A stretch of DNA of 64,000 bases from Acidobacteriota bacterium (GCA_049967655.1 JBMFSH010000007.1:32001-96000); one strand, 5' to 3'; positions 17,781-28,505 are shown, counted from the stretch's first letter. Program-made: numbers and translations. Notes: generated from the letters alone by a model not told the origin.

Positions 17781-18796
17781 ATCTCACGAAAGCGGATTTC
17801 GAGCCCGTTGCCAGAGCCCTGCTGGAGGCCAGGACCCTCTGCCTGACCACCCACGTCAAGAGCGACGGCGACGGGATCGGCAGCGAGCTGGCTCTCCTGA
17901 GGGCCTTGCGGGGCCTGGGGAAGAGAGTCCGGGTCATCAACGACACGGTGGTGCCCCGAGGGCTCCAGTTCCTCGCCGAGGACGGCGAGATCCTCCTGTA
18001 CGATCCCAAGCGCGATGAGCCCTTCCTCGAAGAGGCGGACACGCTGGTCGTGCTGGACGTGGCCTTGACCTACCGGCTGGGCCGCATGGAAGAGCCCTTC
18101 AAGAGGAGCCGGGCGGTCAAGATTTGCCTGGATCATCACACCGAGTCCGACCCGGCCTTCGACTATCTCCTCTCGGACATCACCGTGGGGTCCACCGGAG
18201 AGCTGCTCTTCGAGCTCCTGAAGGTGGCCGGCATCCCCCTGGGCTGCAACGTAGCCATGCCTCTCTACGCCTCCATCAGCGTGGATACGGGCTCCTTCGC
18301 CTACGAGCGGTGCACGCCGAGGACCTTCCGCATCGCCTCCGAGTTGGTGGCGGCGGGGGCCGAGCCCTACCAAGTCCACCTGAACCTCAACTGGCAGAGG
18401 CGCTTGGCCGAGGTCAAGCTGGAGGGGGACGTGATCCAGAGGCTGCGGCTGGACGGTTCGGGGGAGATCGCCTATTCGGAGGTATCCAGGGACACGCTTC
18501 AGCGCTACGGCATTGACCCCATGGAGATTCCCACCGTCGTGAATATCCCCCTCTCCATCGGAGGGGTGGAGCTCGCGTTGCTCTTCGTCGAGTTGGACCC
18601 CTGCTGTGTGAACGTCTCGGCTCGCAGCAAGGGGAAGCTCCAGGTCAACGCGCTGGCGAGGCGGTTCGGAGGCGGAGGCCACCCGCTGGCGGCGGGCTTC
18701 TGCGTGCGGGCCCCCCTGGATGTGGCCCAGGCCAGGGTTCTGGAGGCGGCGCGGGAGCTCCTGGGGCACCCGGCCCGCTTGTGTGACTCGGCCTGA
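17777..18796 (+). CDS. nrnA: DHH/DHHA1 phosphoesterase (NrnA-like nanoRNase/pAp phosphatase)
   Basis: THVKSDGDGIGS, LDHH, DTGSF, GGGGHPLAAG. Confidence 0.88.
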   Translation: MNLTKADFEPVARALLEARTLCLTTHVKSDGDGIGSELALLRALRGLGKRVRVINDTVVPRGLQFLAEDGEILLYDPKRDEPFLEEADTLVVLDVALTYRLGRMEEPFKRSRAVKICLDHHTESDPAFDYLLSDITVGSTGELLFELLKVAGIPLGCNVAMPLYASISVDTGSFAYERCTPRTFRIASELVAAGAEPYQVHLNLNWQRRLAEVKLEGDVIQRLRLDGSGEIAYSEVSRDTLQRYGIDPMEIPTVVNIPLSIGGVELALLFVELDPCCVNVSARSKGKLQVNALARRFGGGGHPLAAGFCVRAPLDVAQARVLEAARELLGHPARLCDSA

Positions 18797-18837
18797 CGGT
18801 TCGGTGGGAGGCCTGCAGCCGGCACGGGGAGGGGGAC

Positions 18838-19821
18838 GTGAAGCGCTTGAGAGGCCAAGTCGTTCTCCTCCTCGGCAGCCTGCTCGCGCTGGTGGCTGGC
18901 GGCACGCTGGGCTACATGGCCATCGAACACCTCTCCCCCATCGACGCGCTCTTTCTCACGGTCATCACCCTCTCCACCGTCGGCTTCGGGACGTTGATCC
19001 CGCTGAGCGATGCCGGTAAACTCTTCACCATCGGATTGATCGTCGTCGGCGTCGCGACCTTCTCCTTCTACCTGTCGCGGCTCTTCTCGATGATCGTTGA
19101 GCGCGGGTTCCTGGAGGTCCTGGAGAAGCGCCGCTTGCACCGAAATATTGACGAACTCTCGGGTCACTACGTGGTATGCGGCCACGGACGAATCGGCTCC
19201 GTGGTGGCCTCGGAACTTCGCCAGAAGGAGGTCCCGCTGGTGGTGCTGGAGAGCCGGGCCGAGGAGGTGGAGGCGCTGACCGAGGCGGAGGTTCTCGCTC
19301 TGCAAGGCGATGCCCGCGAGGAGGCCCTCCTTCGGCAGGCCGGTGTTGAGCGGGCCAAGGGGCTCGTAGCCCTCATGCCCACCGACGCCGACAACCTGTA
19401 CATCATCCTCACCGCCAAGGAGATCAACCCTTCGCTGACCATCATCGCCAGGGCCAATACCCTCGGCGCGGAGCGCCACCTCATGGCCGCCGGGGCGCAC
19501 CACGTCATCAGCCCCCACCGCGAGGGCGGCAAGCGGATTGCCCGCATGATCCTCAACCCGAACGTGGTGGAATGCATGGAAATGGTCACCGGCCGTCGAA
19601 ACGTCGAGCTGCAGATGGAGGAGATCGCCATCGGCGAGCGGAGCCCCCTGGCGGGGAAGTCCCTGCTGGAATCCGGGCTCCTGCAGAAGCACCGCATTCT
19701 CGTGGTGGCCGTCAAGCACGGCGACGGCACCATCACCTTCAACCCCGAAGGTAGCACCCGCATCCAGGCCGGAGACGCCCTGGTGACGCTGGGGCCGGCC
19801 CGGACCGAGGCGCAGTTCTAA
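18838..19821 (+). CDS. Potassium channel protein with RCK (TrkA-N/TrkA-C) domains
   Basis: Selectivity filter STVGFG, HYVVCGHGRIG, GDA, DADN. Confidence 0.92.
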   Translation: MKRLRGQVVLLLGSLLALVAGGTLGYMAIEHLSPIDALFLTVITLSTVGFGTLIPLSDAGKLFTIGLIVVGVATFSFYLSRLFSMIVERGFLEVLEKRRLHRNIDELSGHYVVCGHGRIGSVVASELRQKEVPLVVLESRAEEVEALTEAEVLALQGDAREEALLRQAGVERAKGLVALMPTDADNLYIILTAKEINPSLTIIARANTLGAERHLMAAGAHHVISPHREGGKRIARMILNPNVVECMEMVTGRRNVELQMEEIAIGERSPLAGKSLLESGLLQKHRILVVAVKHGDGTITFNPEGSTRIQAGDALVTLGPARTEAQF

Positions 19822-19842
19822 CTCACGATTCAGGAGGCCGAG

Positions 19843-21024
19843 ATGTCTGAAGTCGTTATTCTGTCGGGCGCCCGAACGGGCATCGGCAAGTTCATGGGGG
19901 CCCTTACCCCCTTCACCGCCCCCGAGCTCGGCGCCTTCGCCCTCAAGGAGGCCATGGCCCGAGGCAAGGTGCAGCCCCAGGAGGTGGAGGAGGTGATCAT
20001 GGGCAACGTGCTGCAGGCGGGGGTGGGGCAGAACCCGGCCAGGCAGGCGGCGCTCAAAGCGGGGCTCCCCGTCTCCGTGGCGGCCTTTACGGCCAACAAG
20101 GTCTGCGGCTCGGGGCTCAAGGCCGTGATGCTCGCGGCGCAGGCCATCAAGGCCGGGGACGCCAAGGTGCTCCTGGCCGGCGGCATGGAATCCATGACCA
20201 ATGCCCCTTACATCCTGCGCAAAGCCCGCATGGGACTTCGCCTGGGCCACGGCGAGGTGACCGACGTGATGGTTGCCGACGGCCTCACCGACGCCTACGA
20301 CGGCCAGCACATGGGGATGACCGCCGAACTGGTGGCCAAGGAGTACACCGTCTCCCGCGAGGCCATGGATGCCTATTCCGTGGAGAGCCACCGACGGGCC
20401 GCGGCCGCGTGGAGCGCGGGGAAGTTCGATGCCGAGACGGTTACCGTGCCCATCCCAGCGAAGAAGGGCGATCCCGTCCCCTTCCGGTCGGACGAGGGTA
20501 TCCGGGCCGACGTGACGGCCGAAGCCCTCGCCAAGCTCAAGCCGGCCTTCGTCAAGGACGGGGTCGTCACGGCGGGCAACGCCAGCCAGATTAGCGACGC
20601 CGGCGCGGCGGTGGTGGTGTGCACCCGGGAAATCGCGGAGGCGAAGGGGGTTACCCCCCTGGCTCGGATCGTCGCCTACGCCACGTCGGGGCTCGAGCCC
20701 AAGTGGGTCATGATGACTCCCGAGCCCGCCGTGCGCGCGGCCGCCGCCAAGGCGGGGTGGGACCTCAAGACGGTGGACCTCTTCGAGCTCAACGAGGCCT
20801 TCGCCGCCCAGTCCTGCGCCCTGCTTCGCGTGCTGGAGCTTCCCGCGGAGAAGGTCAACGTCCACGGCGGGGCGGTGGCGCTGGGCCATCCCATCGGGGC
20901 TTCCGGTACGCGCTGCCTGCTCACGCTGCTGTACGCCATGAAGGACCGGGGCGCCAAGCGCGGCATCGTCTCCCTGTGCCTCGGTGGCGGCAACGGTGTG
21001 GCGATGGCGGTGGAGGCCCTGTAG
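19843..21024 (+). CDS. Acetyl-CoA C-acetyltransferase (thiolase)
   Basis: [31 protein letters not shown]. Confidence 0.96.
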   Translation: MSEVVILSGARTGIGKFMGALTPFTAPELGAFALKEAMARGKVQPQEVEEVIMGNVLQAGVGQNPARQAALKAGLPVSVAAFTANKVCGSGLKAVMLAAQAIKAGDAKVLLAGGMESMTNAPYILRKARMGLRLGHGEVTDVMVADGLTDAYDGQHMGMTAELVAKEYTVSREAMDAYSVESHRRAAAAWSAGKFDAETVTVPIPAKKGDPVPFRSDEGIRADVTAEALAKLKPAFVKDGVVTAGNASQISDAGAAVVVCTREIAEAKGVTPLARIVAYATSGLEPKWVMMTPEPAVRAAAAKAGWDLKTVDLFELNEAFAAQSCALLRVLELPAEKVNVHGGAVALGHPIGASGTRCLLTLLYAMKDRGAKRGIVSLCLGGGNGVAMAVEAL

Positions 21025-21073
21025 GGCGGAGGACTCTTCGTGGGGGGTGGAGGCCATAAGGCCGACGAGCGGT

Positions 21074-21138
21074 GAGGGGGTGCGGGGGGCGGGAAGGCCC
21101 TCCGCCCGAAGGGCCTCCCGCGTGAGGGCAGGGAGGAG
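21074..21138 (+). repeat. 65-bp GC-rich hairpin repeat, copy A
   Basis: GAGGGGGTGCGGGGGGCGGG..GCCC.CCGCCCGAAGGGC..CCCGCG.GAGGGCAGGGA.GAG; second copy at 21348-21412. Confidence 0.85.
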
Positions 21139-21153
21139 GCCAATGGATTCTGC

Positions 21154-21181
21154 TTGACTCCCGCCCCCGTTCATGTACAAT
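21154..21181 (+). promoter_or_regulatory. tRNA-Asp promoter
   Basis: TTGACT-N16-TACAAT. Confidence 0.7.
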
Positions 21182-21195
21182 GACTGGGCATGGGC

Positions 21196-21347
<152 letters not shown>

Positions 21348-21352
<5 letters not shown>

Positions 21353-21412
21353 GGTGCGGGGGGCGGGGAGGCCCCCCGCCCGAAGGGCTACCCGCGCGAG
21401 GGCAGGGAAGAG
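21348..21412 (+). repeat. 65-bp GC-rich hairpin repeat, copy A'
   Basis: About 90% identical to 21074-21138. Confidence 0.85.
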
Positions 21413-21492
21413 CAGCGAGCGCGGCGAAGCCGCGGGAGCGCCGAGGAGGGGCGGCAGAGCCCCTCCTCGGGGAGCGGAAGCGACGGGAGCGT

Positions 21493-21596
21493 GGTTCGAG
21501 CCCCGTCGGCCCCGCCAAAAGGATGCGAAGGATGCCCCGGGTGGAGACGCCCGGGGCTTTGTTGTTGGGAGGGCGAGAAGCCGCGGCCGGCGAGGG
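21493..21596 (+). repeat. 104-bp direct repeat copy 2 (tRNA-Asp 3' fragment plus terminator)
   Basis: GGTTCGAGCCCCGTCGGCCCCGCCA and 79 downstream bases identical to copy 1. Confidence 0.95.
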
Positions 21597-21614
21597 CGAG
21601 CGGCCTTTCCGTCG

Positions 21615-22277
21615 TCAGAGCAGCGACAACAACTCCAGAGGGTGGTGGAGCAGCAAGCGGGCGCCCGCCGCCCGGAGTTCGTCTTCGGATCGAAATCCCC
21701 AGAGGGCCCCCACGGGAATCATCCCCGCGGCCATGGCGGCCAGGACGTCCGTGGGGCCGTCGCCCAGGAAGAGAACCGCCTCGCGGGGTACGCCGAAGCG
21801 TGCGGCGATGGCCACGGCCCCCGCCGGGTCCGGTTTGCGGGGAACCTCCTCTCCGGCGCCGAGAACCGCAGAGAAGCTCCAGCGCGGAAGAAGGCGGGCC
21901 ACGCATGCCCGGGTGAAATCGTTGGGCTTGTTGGAGAGCACGGCGATGGGTACGGATCGTGCGCCGAGGGCGTCCAGCAGGTCGGGGATGCCAGGGTAGG
22001 GGCGCGTGGTGCGGTCCCACCGCCGCCCGTACTCCTCCCGCATGTCGAGGATGCACTCCTCCAGAAGGCTTCCGCTACGGTTCCCCTCGGGAAGCGCCCG
22101 CTGAACCAGAAGCTCCATCCCCTCGCCGACGAAGATCCTGTAGGCATCCTCCGGGTGCGCGGGAAATCCCCTCTTCCTTAGGACCGCGTTCATGGAGTCG
22201 GCCAGGTCCTTCAGGGAATCGAGGAGGGTGCCGTCCAGGTCGAAGAGAACCGCCTGGACGCGGCAGAATGGGCCCAT
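21615..22277 (-). CDS. HAD-superfamily hydrolase (phosphoglycolate phosphatase-like)
   Basis: FDLDGTLLDS, LSNK, KPDP, GDGPTD, WGFR; GAGGTG RBS before ATG 22277. Confidence 0.92.
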   Translation of the reverse strand: MGPFCRVQAVLFDLDGTLLDSLKDLADSMNAVLRKRGFPAHPEDAYRIFVGEGMELLVQRALPEGNRSGSLLEECILDMREEYGRRWDRTTRPYPGIPDLLDALGARSVPIAVLSNKPNDFTRACVARLLPRWSFSAVLGAGEEVPRKPDPAGAVAIAARFGVPREAVLFLGDGPTDVLAAMAAGMIPVGALWGFRSEDELRAAGARLLLHHPLELLSLL

Positions 22278-22616
22278 GAGCGACACCTCTCTTCCGTACC
22301 GGCAGGCGCCGCAAGCCCCGTGACTGCGGCCTCGGCACGGCGAAGGCATTCTATCCTTCGCCGCGAGGTCCCGCAAAGACCTGAGCCGCTATCAGGCCGC
22401 CGCGGCCCATGGGGCGGCCAAAGTCGCCCCGGGATAAGGCATTGATCTCATTGGAGAAGACCCCCTCCCTATCTCCGCCTTGCCGCACGCCGCGGAGCTC
22501 GCCAAACTGATCCGTGGCCTGCCGCATCATCAGGGCGTTGAAGATCCGCATCGCCAGCCCAGAGGGCCCGGATGAGCCTGGGCTGGGGTACAATAAAAGC
22601 TTGGGCGGAGGCGGTC

Positions 22617-23000
22617 ATGAAGCACCGAATGGGAGAGTGGGCCGCGGAATGTCCGGCGGCGATCACCGTGACCGATGCCGATGGGGTCATCGTGGAGATG
22701 AACGCCCGCTCGCTGGAATCCTTCGCGCGAGATGGAGGCGCAGCGCTACTCGGCACCCAGGTTCTGGACTGTCATCCCGAGCCTGTGCGCACCAAGGCCG
22801 CCCGGCTATACGAAGTGCGACAGCCCAACCACTACACCATCCAGAAGAACGGGCGCCGCAAGATCATCCATCAGTTGCCGTGGTACCGGAAGGGGGAGTT
22901 TGCCGGGTTCGTCGAAATCTCCATCCCCATTCCCGATGAACTTCCCCATTTCGACCGGGACTCCGAGGACGAGCGGGCGGCGGCTGCCGACAGAGAATAG
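22617..23000 (+). CDS. Standalone PAS-domain protein
   Basis: AITVTDADGVIVEMN, LLG..VLDCHPEP, PWY..GEFAGFVE; GGAGG RBS. Confidence 0.8.
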   Translation: MKHRMGEWAAECPAAITVTDADGVIVEMNARSLESFARDGGAALLGTQVLDCHPEPVRTKAARLYEVRQPNHYTIQKNGRRKIIHQLPWYRKGEFAGFVEISIPIPDELPHFDRDSEDERAAAADRE

Positions 23001-23100
23001 CAGCGCGAGCCGCGAGCGTTGACCAAGCGGCGGCCGGCACGGCGGTGCGAGGTAGGGCCCGCGGCGGGTCCAAGCCACGAGAGACGGGAGCGGAGGTGTC

Positions 23101-24546
23101 ATGGCGCGATACGACGCGGTCATCCTGGGGGCTGGCGCTGCGGGCTTGGCTGCGGCCAGGGGGCTGGGCAGGCTTGGTGCGCGGGTCGCCCTCGTGGAGA
23201 AGGAGGCCCTGGGCGGGGACTGCATCACGTGGGGATGCGTGCCCAGCAAGAGCTATCTGCACGTCGCTCGCATGCTCAACGAGGTGCGATCGGTCGGGCG
23301 AGTGGGGATCGACGCGGGTCCTGTCCGGTTCAACTTCGCGGCCGCGCGGCGCTATGTGGCGCAGGTCCAGGGCACGCTGACCCACCAGGATACGCAGGAA
23401 TTTCTCCGCAGCCAGGGGGTTGAGGTGCTCTTCGGACAGCCGCGATTCCTGAGTGCGAAGCGGATCGAGGTGGAGGGACGGGAGTTGCCCACGCGCCACG
23501 TGGTGATCGCCACGGGGGCTCACTCCGTGGCCCCGCCCATCGAGGGGCTGGCGGAGACCGGATTTCTAGACAGCCGTTCGGCCCTTCAAATCGAAACCCT
23601 TCCTCGGTCCATGATCATCCTGGGAGGGGGACCCATCGGGACGGAATTCGCCCAGATGTTTCAGCGGATGGGGGTGTCCGTGACGGTGGTGGAATCCAAC
23701 GCCTGCCTCTTGCCCCGCGAAGAGCCGGAGGCGGGACGGTTCCTTCTGGGCATCCTGGTGAAGGAGGGCGCCCGTTTTCTCGGAGAGCGCAGGGCCGTCC
23801 GTGCGATGAGGACCAAGGCCGGGAAGGCCCTCGTGCTCCAGGGAAAAGACGGTCGGGAGGAGACCGTCGAGGCGGAGGAGATTCTGGTGGCCACGGGCCG
23901 AGCCCCCAACGTGGAGGGCCTCGAACTGGAGAGGGCCGGGGTCGCCTTCGACCGGCACGGGATCACCGTGGACAACACCATGCAGACGACGCGGAGAGGG
24001 GTGTGGGCCATCGGCGACTGCAACGGCCTCTACCAGTTCACCCACATGGCCGAGCACGAGGCCGGAGTGTGCGTTAAGAACATCATCCGCAGCCGCCTTC
24101 TGCCCTTTCTTCTGGAGCGCATGCACTTCCGGGCCGTGGCGTGGGTCACCTTCACGGATCCCGAAGTGGCCCACTGCGGACTGACGGAGGCCGAGGCCAA
24201 GGAGCGGGGCATCAAGCACCTCGTCCTCCGCTATAATTTCGACCATCTGGACCGCGCCGTCATCGAAAACGAGCCGGGCGGCGTGGCCAAGGTGATCACG
24301 GACGGCCGGGGCCGGTTGCTGGGGGCCCACATGGTGGGGGCCCACGCGGGGGATCTGCTTCAGGAGCTCGTGCTGGGGGTGCGGATGGGGCTCAAGGTCA
24401 TGGACATCTCGCAGACCGTGCACCCCTATCCCGCCTTCGTACAGATGGCGAGGCGCGCCGCCAACGTCTATTACATCCAGACCATCTATGAAAATCCACG
24501 ACGGGTTGCTCTGCTTCGCTGGTTGGGCGGCTTCGGGAGAACCTGA
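23101..24546 (+). CDS. Class I pyridine nucleotide-disulfide oxidoreductase (Lpd/MerA-like family)
   Basis: GAGAAG, GGDCITWGCVPSK redox disulfide, GGGPIG, ATGRAPN, AIGD, FTDPEVA, HPYP. Confidence 0.92.
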   Translation: MARYDAVILGAGAAGLAAARGLGRLGARVALVEKEALGGDCITWGCVPSKSYLHVARMLNEVRSVGRVGIDAGPVRFNFAAARRYVAQVQGTLTHQDTQEFLRSQGVEVLFGQPRFLSAKRIEVEGRELPTRHVVIATGAHSVAPPIEGLAETGFLDSRSALQIETLPRSMIILGGGPIGTEFAQMFQRMGVSVTVVESNACLLPREEPEAGRFLLGILVKEGARFLGERRAVRAMRTKAGKALVLQGKDGREETVEAEEILVATGRAPNVEGLELERAGVAFDRHGITVDNTMQTTRRGVWAIGDCNGLYQFTHMAEHEAGVCVKNIIRSRLLPFLLERMHFRAVAWVTFTDPEVAHCGLTEAEAKERGIKHLVLRYNFDHLDRAVIENEPGGVAKVITDGRGRLLGAHMVGAHAGDLLQELVLGVRMGLKVMDISQTVHPYPAFVQMARRAANVYYIQTIYENPRRVALLRWLGGFGRT

Positions 24547-25038
24547 ATTCTCGATCGGCTGCCGAAGCCGGTGGTGGCCGGCCGCCCATGCCCCGGGAGC
24601 GGTCTAATCTACCGTAGCTTTCGAGGGCGGCGCGGCTCCTCTCGGCAAAAAGGTCCTTTCACACCGCCCGCGGAAAGATCCCGAATGGCTCCCGAAACCC
24701 CCGAAGGGAGGCGGGCCATAGTATCCATCGTCAGCCTTGGAAGGGAAGCTTTGGCCCTGGGAGCGCACCCGGGCGGATGATAAAATCTGTTGGTGGTTGT
24801 CGCTTGATAATTGTTGAAGAAGAATGATATTAGCGAAACAATGACTGAGAAAGTTACTTGAGTCTTTGGCCCTCGCGGCCGCCAACCTCGCATGCTTTTT
24901 CTGCGTGCCGTGCCCCGGTTGAAGACCATGCCGGCTCGCGACGCTCTGCGTCCGGCGAAATCCTCACGAATGGTGCTAGCCATTTTCCGGCGCGCCGCGG
25001 GAGGAACCGCGGCGGTACCCCCGCGCGCCGCGCCGAGA

Positions 25039-25118
25039 CTTGAGATTTCTGGAGCGGGAGGGGGCGGCACCATGAGGTGGGAAAGGAGGCGATTCTGGGA
25101 GCTCGGCAAAATCTCAAG
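25039..25118. repeat. 80-bp segment bounded by inverted repeats (possible second MITE type)
   Basis: CTTGAGATTT ... AAATCTCAAG; flanks CGAGA / CGAAA. Confidence 0.4.
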
Positions 25119-25227
25119 CGAAAGAGCTGGTCGGGACGGCAAAGGGTGGTGGCGGCCATGGCCGAACATCAAGCGGGAGGAGCTGGCGCCCCTCCCCTCT
25201 CGTGACTTTACCCGATGCGCAGCGGCG

Positions 25228-25434
25228 TCACTCGTGCAGCAGCTGCACCTGATCGGCCTGGGGGCCCTTGCTGCCCTCCTTGACCTCGAAGGTGACTCGG
25301 TCCCCTTCGGTCAGTTTCCGGAACCCGTTGCCGATGATCCCGCTGTAGTGGACGAAGACGTCCTGGCCCTCGTCCATGGTGATGAAGCCGTAGCCCTTCT
25401 TCTCGTCGAACCACTTCACCGTACCCTTGGCCAT
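25228..25434 (-). CDS. Cold-shock protein (CspA family)
   Basis: [51 protein letters not shown]. Confidence 0.96.
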   Translation of the reverse strand: MAKGTVKWFDEKKGYGFITMDEGQDVFVHYSGIIGNGFRKLTEGDRVTFEVKEGSKGPQADQVQLLHE

Positions 25435-25485
25435 GACCACTCCTTACAAAGCACTCCCTTCGGCGAACCGGTCACCGGAGACGAA

Positions 25486-25515
25486 AAAATAGCACCGCCG
25501 TTTTTCGGGAGTCAA
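25486..25515 (-). promoter_or_regulatory. Promoter of the csp gene
   Basis: Minus strand TTGACT-N18-TATTTT with TG extension. Confidence 0.5.
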
Positions 25516-25565
25516 GCAGCTCGGAAGAGGGGCTGAAACGGCACTGCTCCTTGGCCTGGGCCGCG

Positions 25566-25594
25566 TTGACAGGGCATCACTGCCGGGCTACACT
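25566..25594 (+). promoter_or_regulatory. pyr operon promoter
   Basis: TTGACA-N17-TACACT, leaving a leader of about 125 nt before pyrR. Confidence 0.8.
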
Positions 25595-25727
25595 GCCCGC
25601 GCTTGGGGCGTGGTCACGGGGTTGCTCCCTCACGGCCAGAGAGATTTGAGGCGGATATGGGGTCCAGCGGGAAGGCTCCGGTCTCCTTGAGTCCCGCCTC
25701 CGTCGCCCTGCTTTTCGAGGAGTGCTG

Positions 25728-26300
25728 ATGAAGCGCAAGACTCTGTTCGATGCGGCGGGAATCCAGCGTTCTCTCGGGCGCCTCGCGCTGGAGATCACGG
25801 AGCGGCTTCAGGGCTGCGAGGGGGTGGTGCTGATCGGGATTCACCGGCGGGGTGTTCCGCTGGCGCAGCGCATCGCCCGGCTGATCGAGAAGGCTGAAAA
25901 GACGAAGGTGCCCGTGGGAAGCCTGGACATCAACCTCTATCGGGATGATTTTTCGACGGTGGGAGCGGCGCCCGTTCTCCGGGGAACCCAGGTGGACTTC
26001 GACATCGGCGCCAAGACGGTGGTCCTGGTGGACGACGTACTCTTCACGGGCAGGACCGTGCGGGCGGCGCTGGACGCCCTCGTGGACCTCGGCCGGCCGG
26101 CGCGGGTCCAGCTCGCCGTGCTGGTGGACCGCGGACATCGGGAATTGCCCATCCAGGCCGACTACGTCGGTCTCTCTCTGAACACGCGCAGAGAGGACCA
26201 CGTGGAGCTGCTCCTGAAGGAGACGGACGGGGAGGACGCCCTCATCTTAGAAAGCGCGGCATCGGCCGAGCGAGCGGGTACGGAGGGGAAGCGCCCATGA
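25728..26300 (+). CDS. pyrR: Bifunctional pyrimidine regulator / uracil phosphoribosyltransferase
   Basis: [44 protein letters not shown]. Confidence 0.96.
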   Translation: MKRKTLFDAAGIQRSLGRLALEITERLQGCEGVVLIGIHRRGVPLAQRIARLIEKAEKTKVPVGSLDINLYRDDFSTVGAAPVLRGTQVDFDIGAKTVVLVDDVLFTGRTVRAALDALVDLGRPARVQLAVLVDRGHRELPIQADYVGLSLNTRREDHVELLLKETDGEDALILESAASAERAGTEGKRP

Positions 26301-27235
26301 GCTTCGCGCACAAGCACCTGATGGGCATCGAGGAGCTCTCGGCCGAGGATATCGCCCTCATTCTCGACACGGCGGAGAAGATGTCGGAGGTGTCGAGGAG
26401 GCCCCTGAAGAAGGTCCCGGCTCTGCGGGGCAAGCTCGTGGTCAACCTCTTCTTTGAGAACTCCACGCGCACCCGCTCCTCCTTCGAGATCGCCGAGAAG
26501 CGCCTCTCGGCGGATACCCTGAATTTCTCGGCCAGCACCTCTTCCCTCCAGAAGGGCGAGACGCTGGTGGATACGGTCCTCAACCTGGAGCGCATGCAGC
26601 CCGACTGCTACGTGATCCGCCACGCGAGCCCCGGCACCTGCCAGCTCATCCATCCCTTCACCAGGGCGGCCCTGGTCAACGCGGGCGACGGTACCCACGA
26701 GCACCCCACGCAGGCTCTACTGGACGCCATGACGATCCGGCAGAAGAAGGGCGATTTCAAGGGACTGGAGGTCCTCATCTGCGGCGACATCAGCCACTCC
26801 AGGGTGGTACGTTCCAACATCTTCCTCCTCGGCAAGATGGGGGCCAAGGTGACGGTCTGCGGGCCGGCCACCTTCATGCCGCCGTACCTGGAGAGCCTGG
26901 GGGTTACGGCCACTACGGACTTCGAACGCGCGCTCAGGGGCAAGGACGTGGTTATGATGCTCCGAATCCAGATGGAGCGGCAGACCAAGGGGCTCTTCCC
27001 CTCCCTGCTGGAGTACTACAAGACCTTCGGGCTTACCGAGGCGCGCCTGAGGCTGGCCGACAAACAGGTGATCGTCATGCACCCAGGCCCCATCAATCGG
27101 GGCGTCGAAATGGCCTCCGAGGTGGCGGACGGTCCCTACTCGGTGATCCTGGACCAGGTGGAGAACGGAGTGGCCGTGCGCATGGCCGCCCTCTACCTTC
27201 TTCTGGGCGGGAGCGAAGATGAAGCGACTCATTAA
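26297..27235 (+). CDS. pyrB: Aspartate carbamoyltransferase catalytic subunit
   Basis: [37 protein letters not shown]. Confidence 0.97.
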   Translation: MSFAHKHLMGIEELSAEDIALILDTAEKMSEVSRRPLKKVPALRGKLVVNLFFENSTRTRSSFEIAEKRLSADTLNFSASTSSLQKGETLVDTVLNLERMQPDCYVIRHASPGTCQLIHPFTRAALVNAGDGTHEHPTQALLDAMTIRQKKGDFKGLEVLICGDISHSRVVRSNIFLLGKMGAKVTVCGPATFMPPYLESLGVTATTDFERALRGKDVVMMLRIQMERQTKGLFPSLLEYYKTFGLTEARLRLADKQVIVMHPGPINRGVEMASEVADGPYSVILDQVENGVAVRMAALYLLLGGSEDEATH

Positions 27236-28505
27236 GAACGGACGCGTGGTCGACCCGCAGTCGGGCACCGACGACACGCTGGACATCCTGCTCGATGGGG
27301 CCCGAATCGCGCGCGTGGAAAAAAGGATACCGGAAAAGGGAGCGGAGGTCTTCGATGCCACGGGCATGGTGGTGGCCCCCGGATTCATCGATATGCACGT
27401 CCACCTCCGGGAGCCCGGATTCGAGCGCAAGGAGACCATCGCGACCGGCCTCGCGGCGGCCCTGGCGGGTGGATTCTCGGGTGTGTGCTGCATGCCCAAC
27501 ACGTATCCCGTGAACGACAACGCCTCGGTGACGCAGTACATCCTCGACAGGGCCCGATCGTGCAGCCCGGTCCGTGTCTATCCCATCGGGGCGATCACCA
27601 AGGGCTCGAAAGGCGAGGAGCTGGCCCCGTTCGCCGAGATGAGGGAGGCGGGCGTTCGGGCCGTGTCCGATGACGGCCATCCCGTGGCCAGCTCCGCCGT
27701 CATGCGCCGCGCCCTGGAATACGCCGGCTCCCTGGGCATGTTGGTCATCGACCACTGCGAGGACCTGGCGCTGGTGGGCGACGGCGTCATGAACGAGGGC
27801 CCCGTTTCCGTTCGCCTGGGGCTCCACGGTATACCCGCCGAGGCCGAATCCATACCCGCGCGAAGGGACATCGCCCTTGCGCGCCTGACGGGCCAAAGGG
27901 TCCACATCGCCCACGTCTCCACCAGGCTCACCGTGGAGGCCATCCGCGCAGCCAAGAAGAAGCGGGTGCCGGTGACGGCGGAGGCCACCCCCCACCACTT
28001 CTCCCTCACCGAAGAGGCGGTGCTCGGCTTCGACACGAACGCCAAGATGAACCCGCCTCTCCGTGGGCAGGATGACGTGGACGCGGTCATCGAGGGGCTG
28101 GCCGACGGGACCATCGACGCCATCGTCACGGACCACGCCCCGCACGCCTATGAAGAGAAGATGGTGGAGTTCGACCGTGCTCCCAATGGCATCATCGGTC
28201 TCCAGACCGCCGTGCCGCTGGCCCTGGACCGGCTGGTGCGCACCGACCGCATCTCCCTCAAGCGCATGGTGGATGCCTTCTCCTCGGCGCCCGCCCGGCT
28301 CCTCGGGCTGGAGGGCAAGGGCAGGATCCAGGAGGGGGCCGACGCCGACCTCACGATCTTCTCCCTCCGCAAGGAGACCTGTCTCGCTCCGGGCGACATC
28401 AAGTCGCTGAGCAAGAACAGCCCCTTCCTGGGCGTGAAGCTGAAGGGAGCCGTGATGGCCGTGATCATCGCGGGGGAGCTCTACCCCGCGGCGAAAAGGG
28501 GCTGA
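27219..28505 (+). CDS. pyrC: Dihydroorotase (multifunctional-complex type)
   Basis: [32 protein letters not shown]. Confidence 0.96.
   Translation: MKRLIKNGRVVDPQSGTDDTLDILLDGARIARVEKRIPEKGAEVFDATGMVVAPGFIDMHVHLREPGFERKETIATGLAAALAGGFSGVCCMPNTYPVNDNASVTQYILDRARSCSPVRVYPIGAITKGSKGEELAPFAEMREAGVRAVSDDGHPVASSAVMRRALEYAGSLGMLVIDHCEDLALVGDGVMNEGPVSVRLGLHGIPAEAESIPARRDIALARLTGQRVHIAHVSTRLTVEAIRAAKKKRVPVTAEATPHHFSLTEEAVLGFDTNAKMNPPLRGQDDVDAVIEGLADGTIDAIVTDHAPHAYEEKMVEFDRAPNGIIGLQTAVPLALDRLVRTDRISLKRMVDAFSSAPARLLGLEGKGRIQEGADADLTIFSLRKETCLAPGDIKSLSKNSPFLGVKLKGAVMAVIIAGELYPAAKRG

Noticed and set aside
18505..21180. 891-aa minus-strand ORF and other long antisense or alternate-frame ORFs (e.g. 27093-29255, 32002-34011, 40000-41943)
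   Set aside because: Shadow frames of well-supported genes in high-GC DNA; no recognisable motifs
21493..21517. Second tRNA-Asp gene
   Set aside because: Only the 3' 25 nt are present; the D-arm and anticodon arm are missing
22351..22593. 80-aa minus-strand ORF (..MRIFNALMMRQATDQFGEL..) as a gene or pseudogene
   Set aside because: No RBS or family motif recognised; cannot be supported without a homology search
23101..24546. Mercuric reductase merA
   Set aside because: No C-terminal Cys-Cys pair, no N-terminal metal-binding domain, no mer operon context
24857..24877. HspR HAIR operator (CTTGAGT-N7-ACTCAAG)
   Set aside because: Only the left half-site matches and no chaperone gene lies downstream
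25600..25715. SRP or 6S RNA upstream of pyrR
   Set aside because: Lacks the SRP CAGG..GRAA..AGCAG motif and is too short for 6S; treated as an mRNA leader
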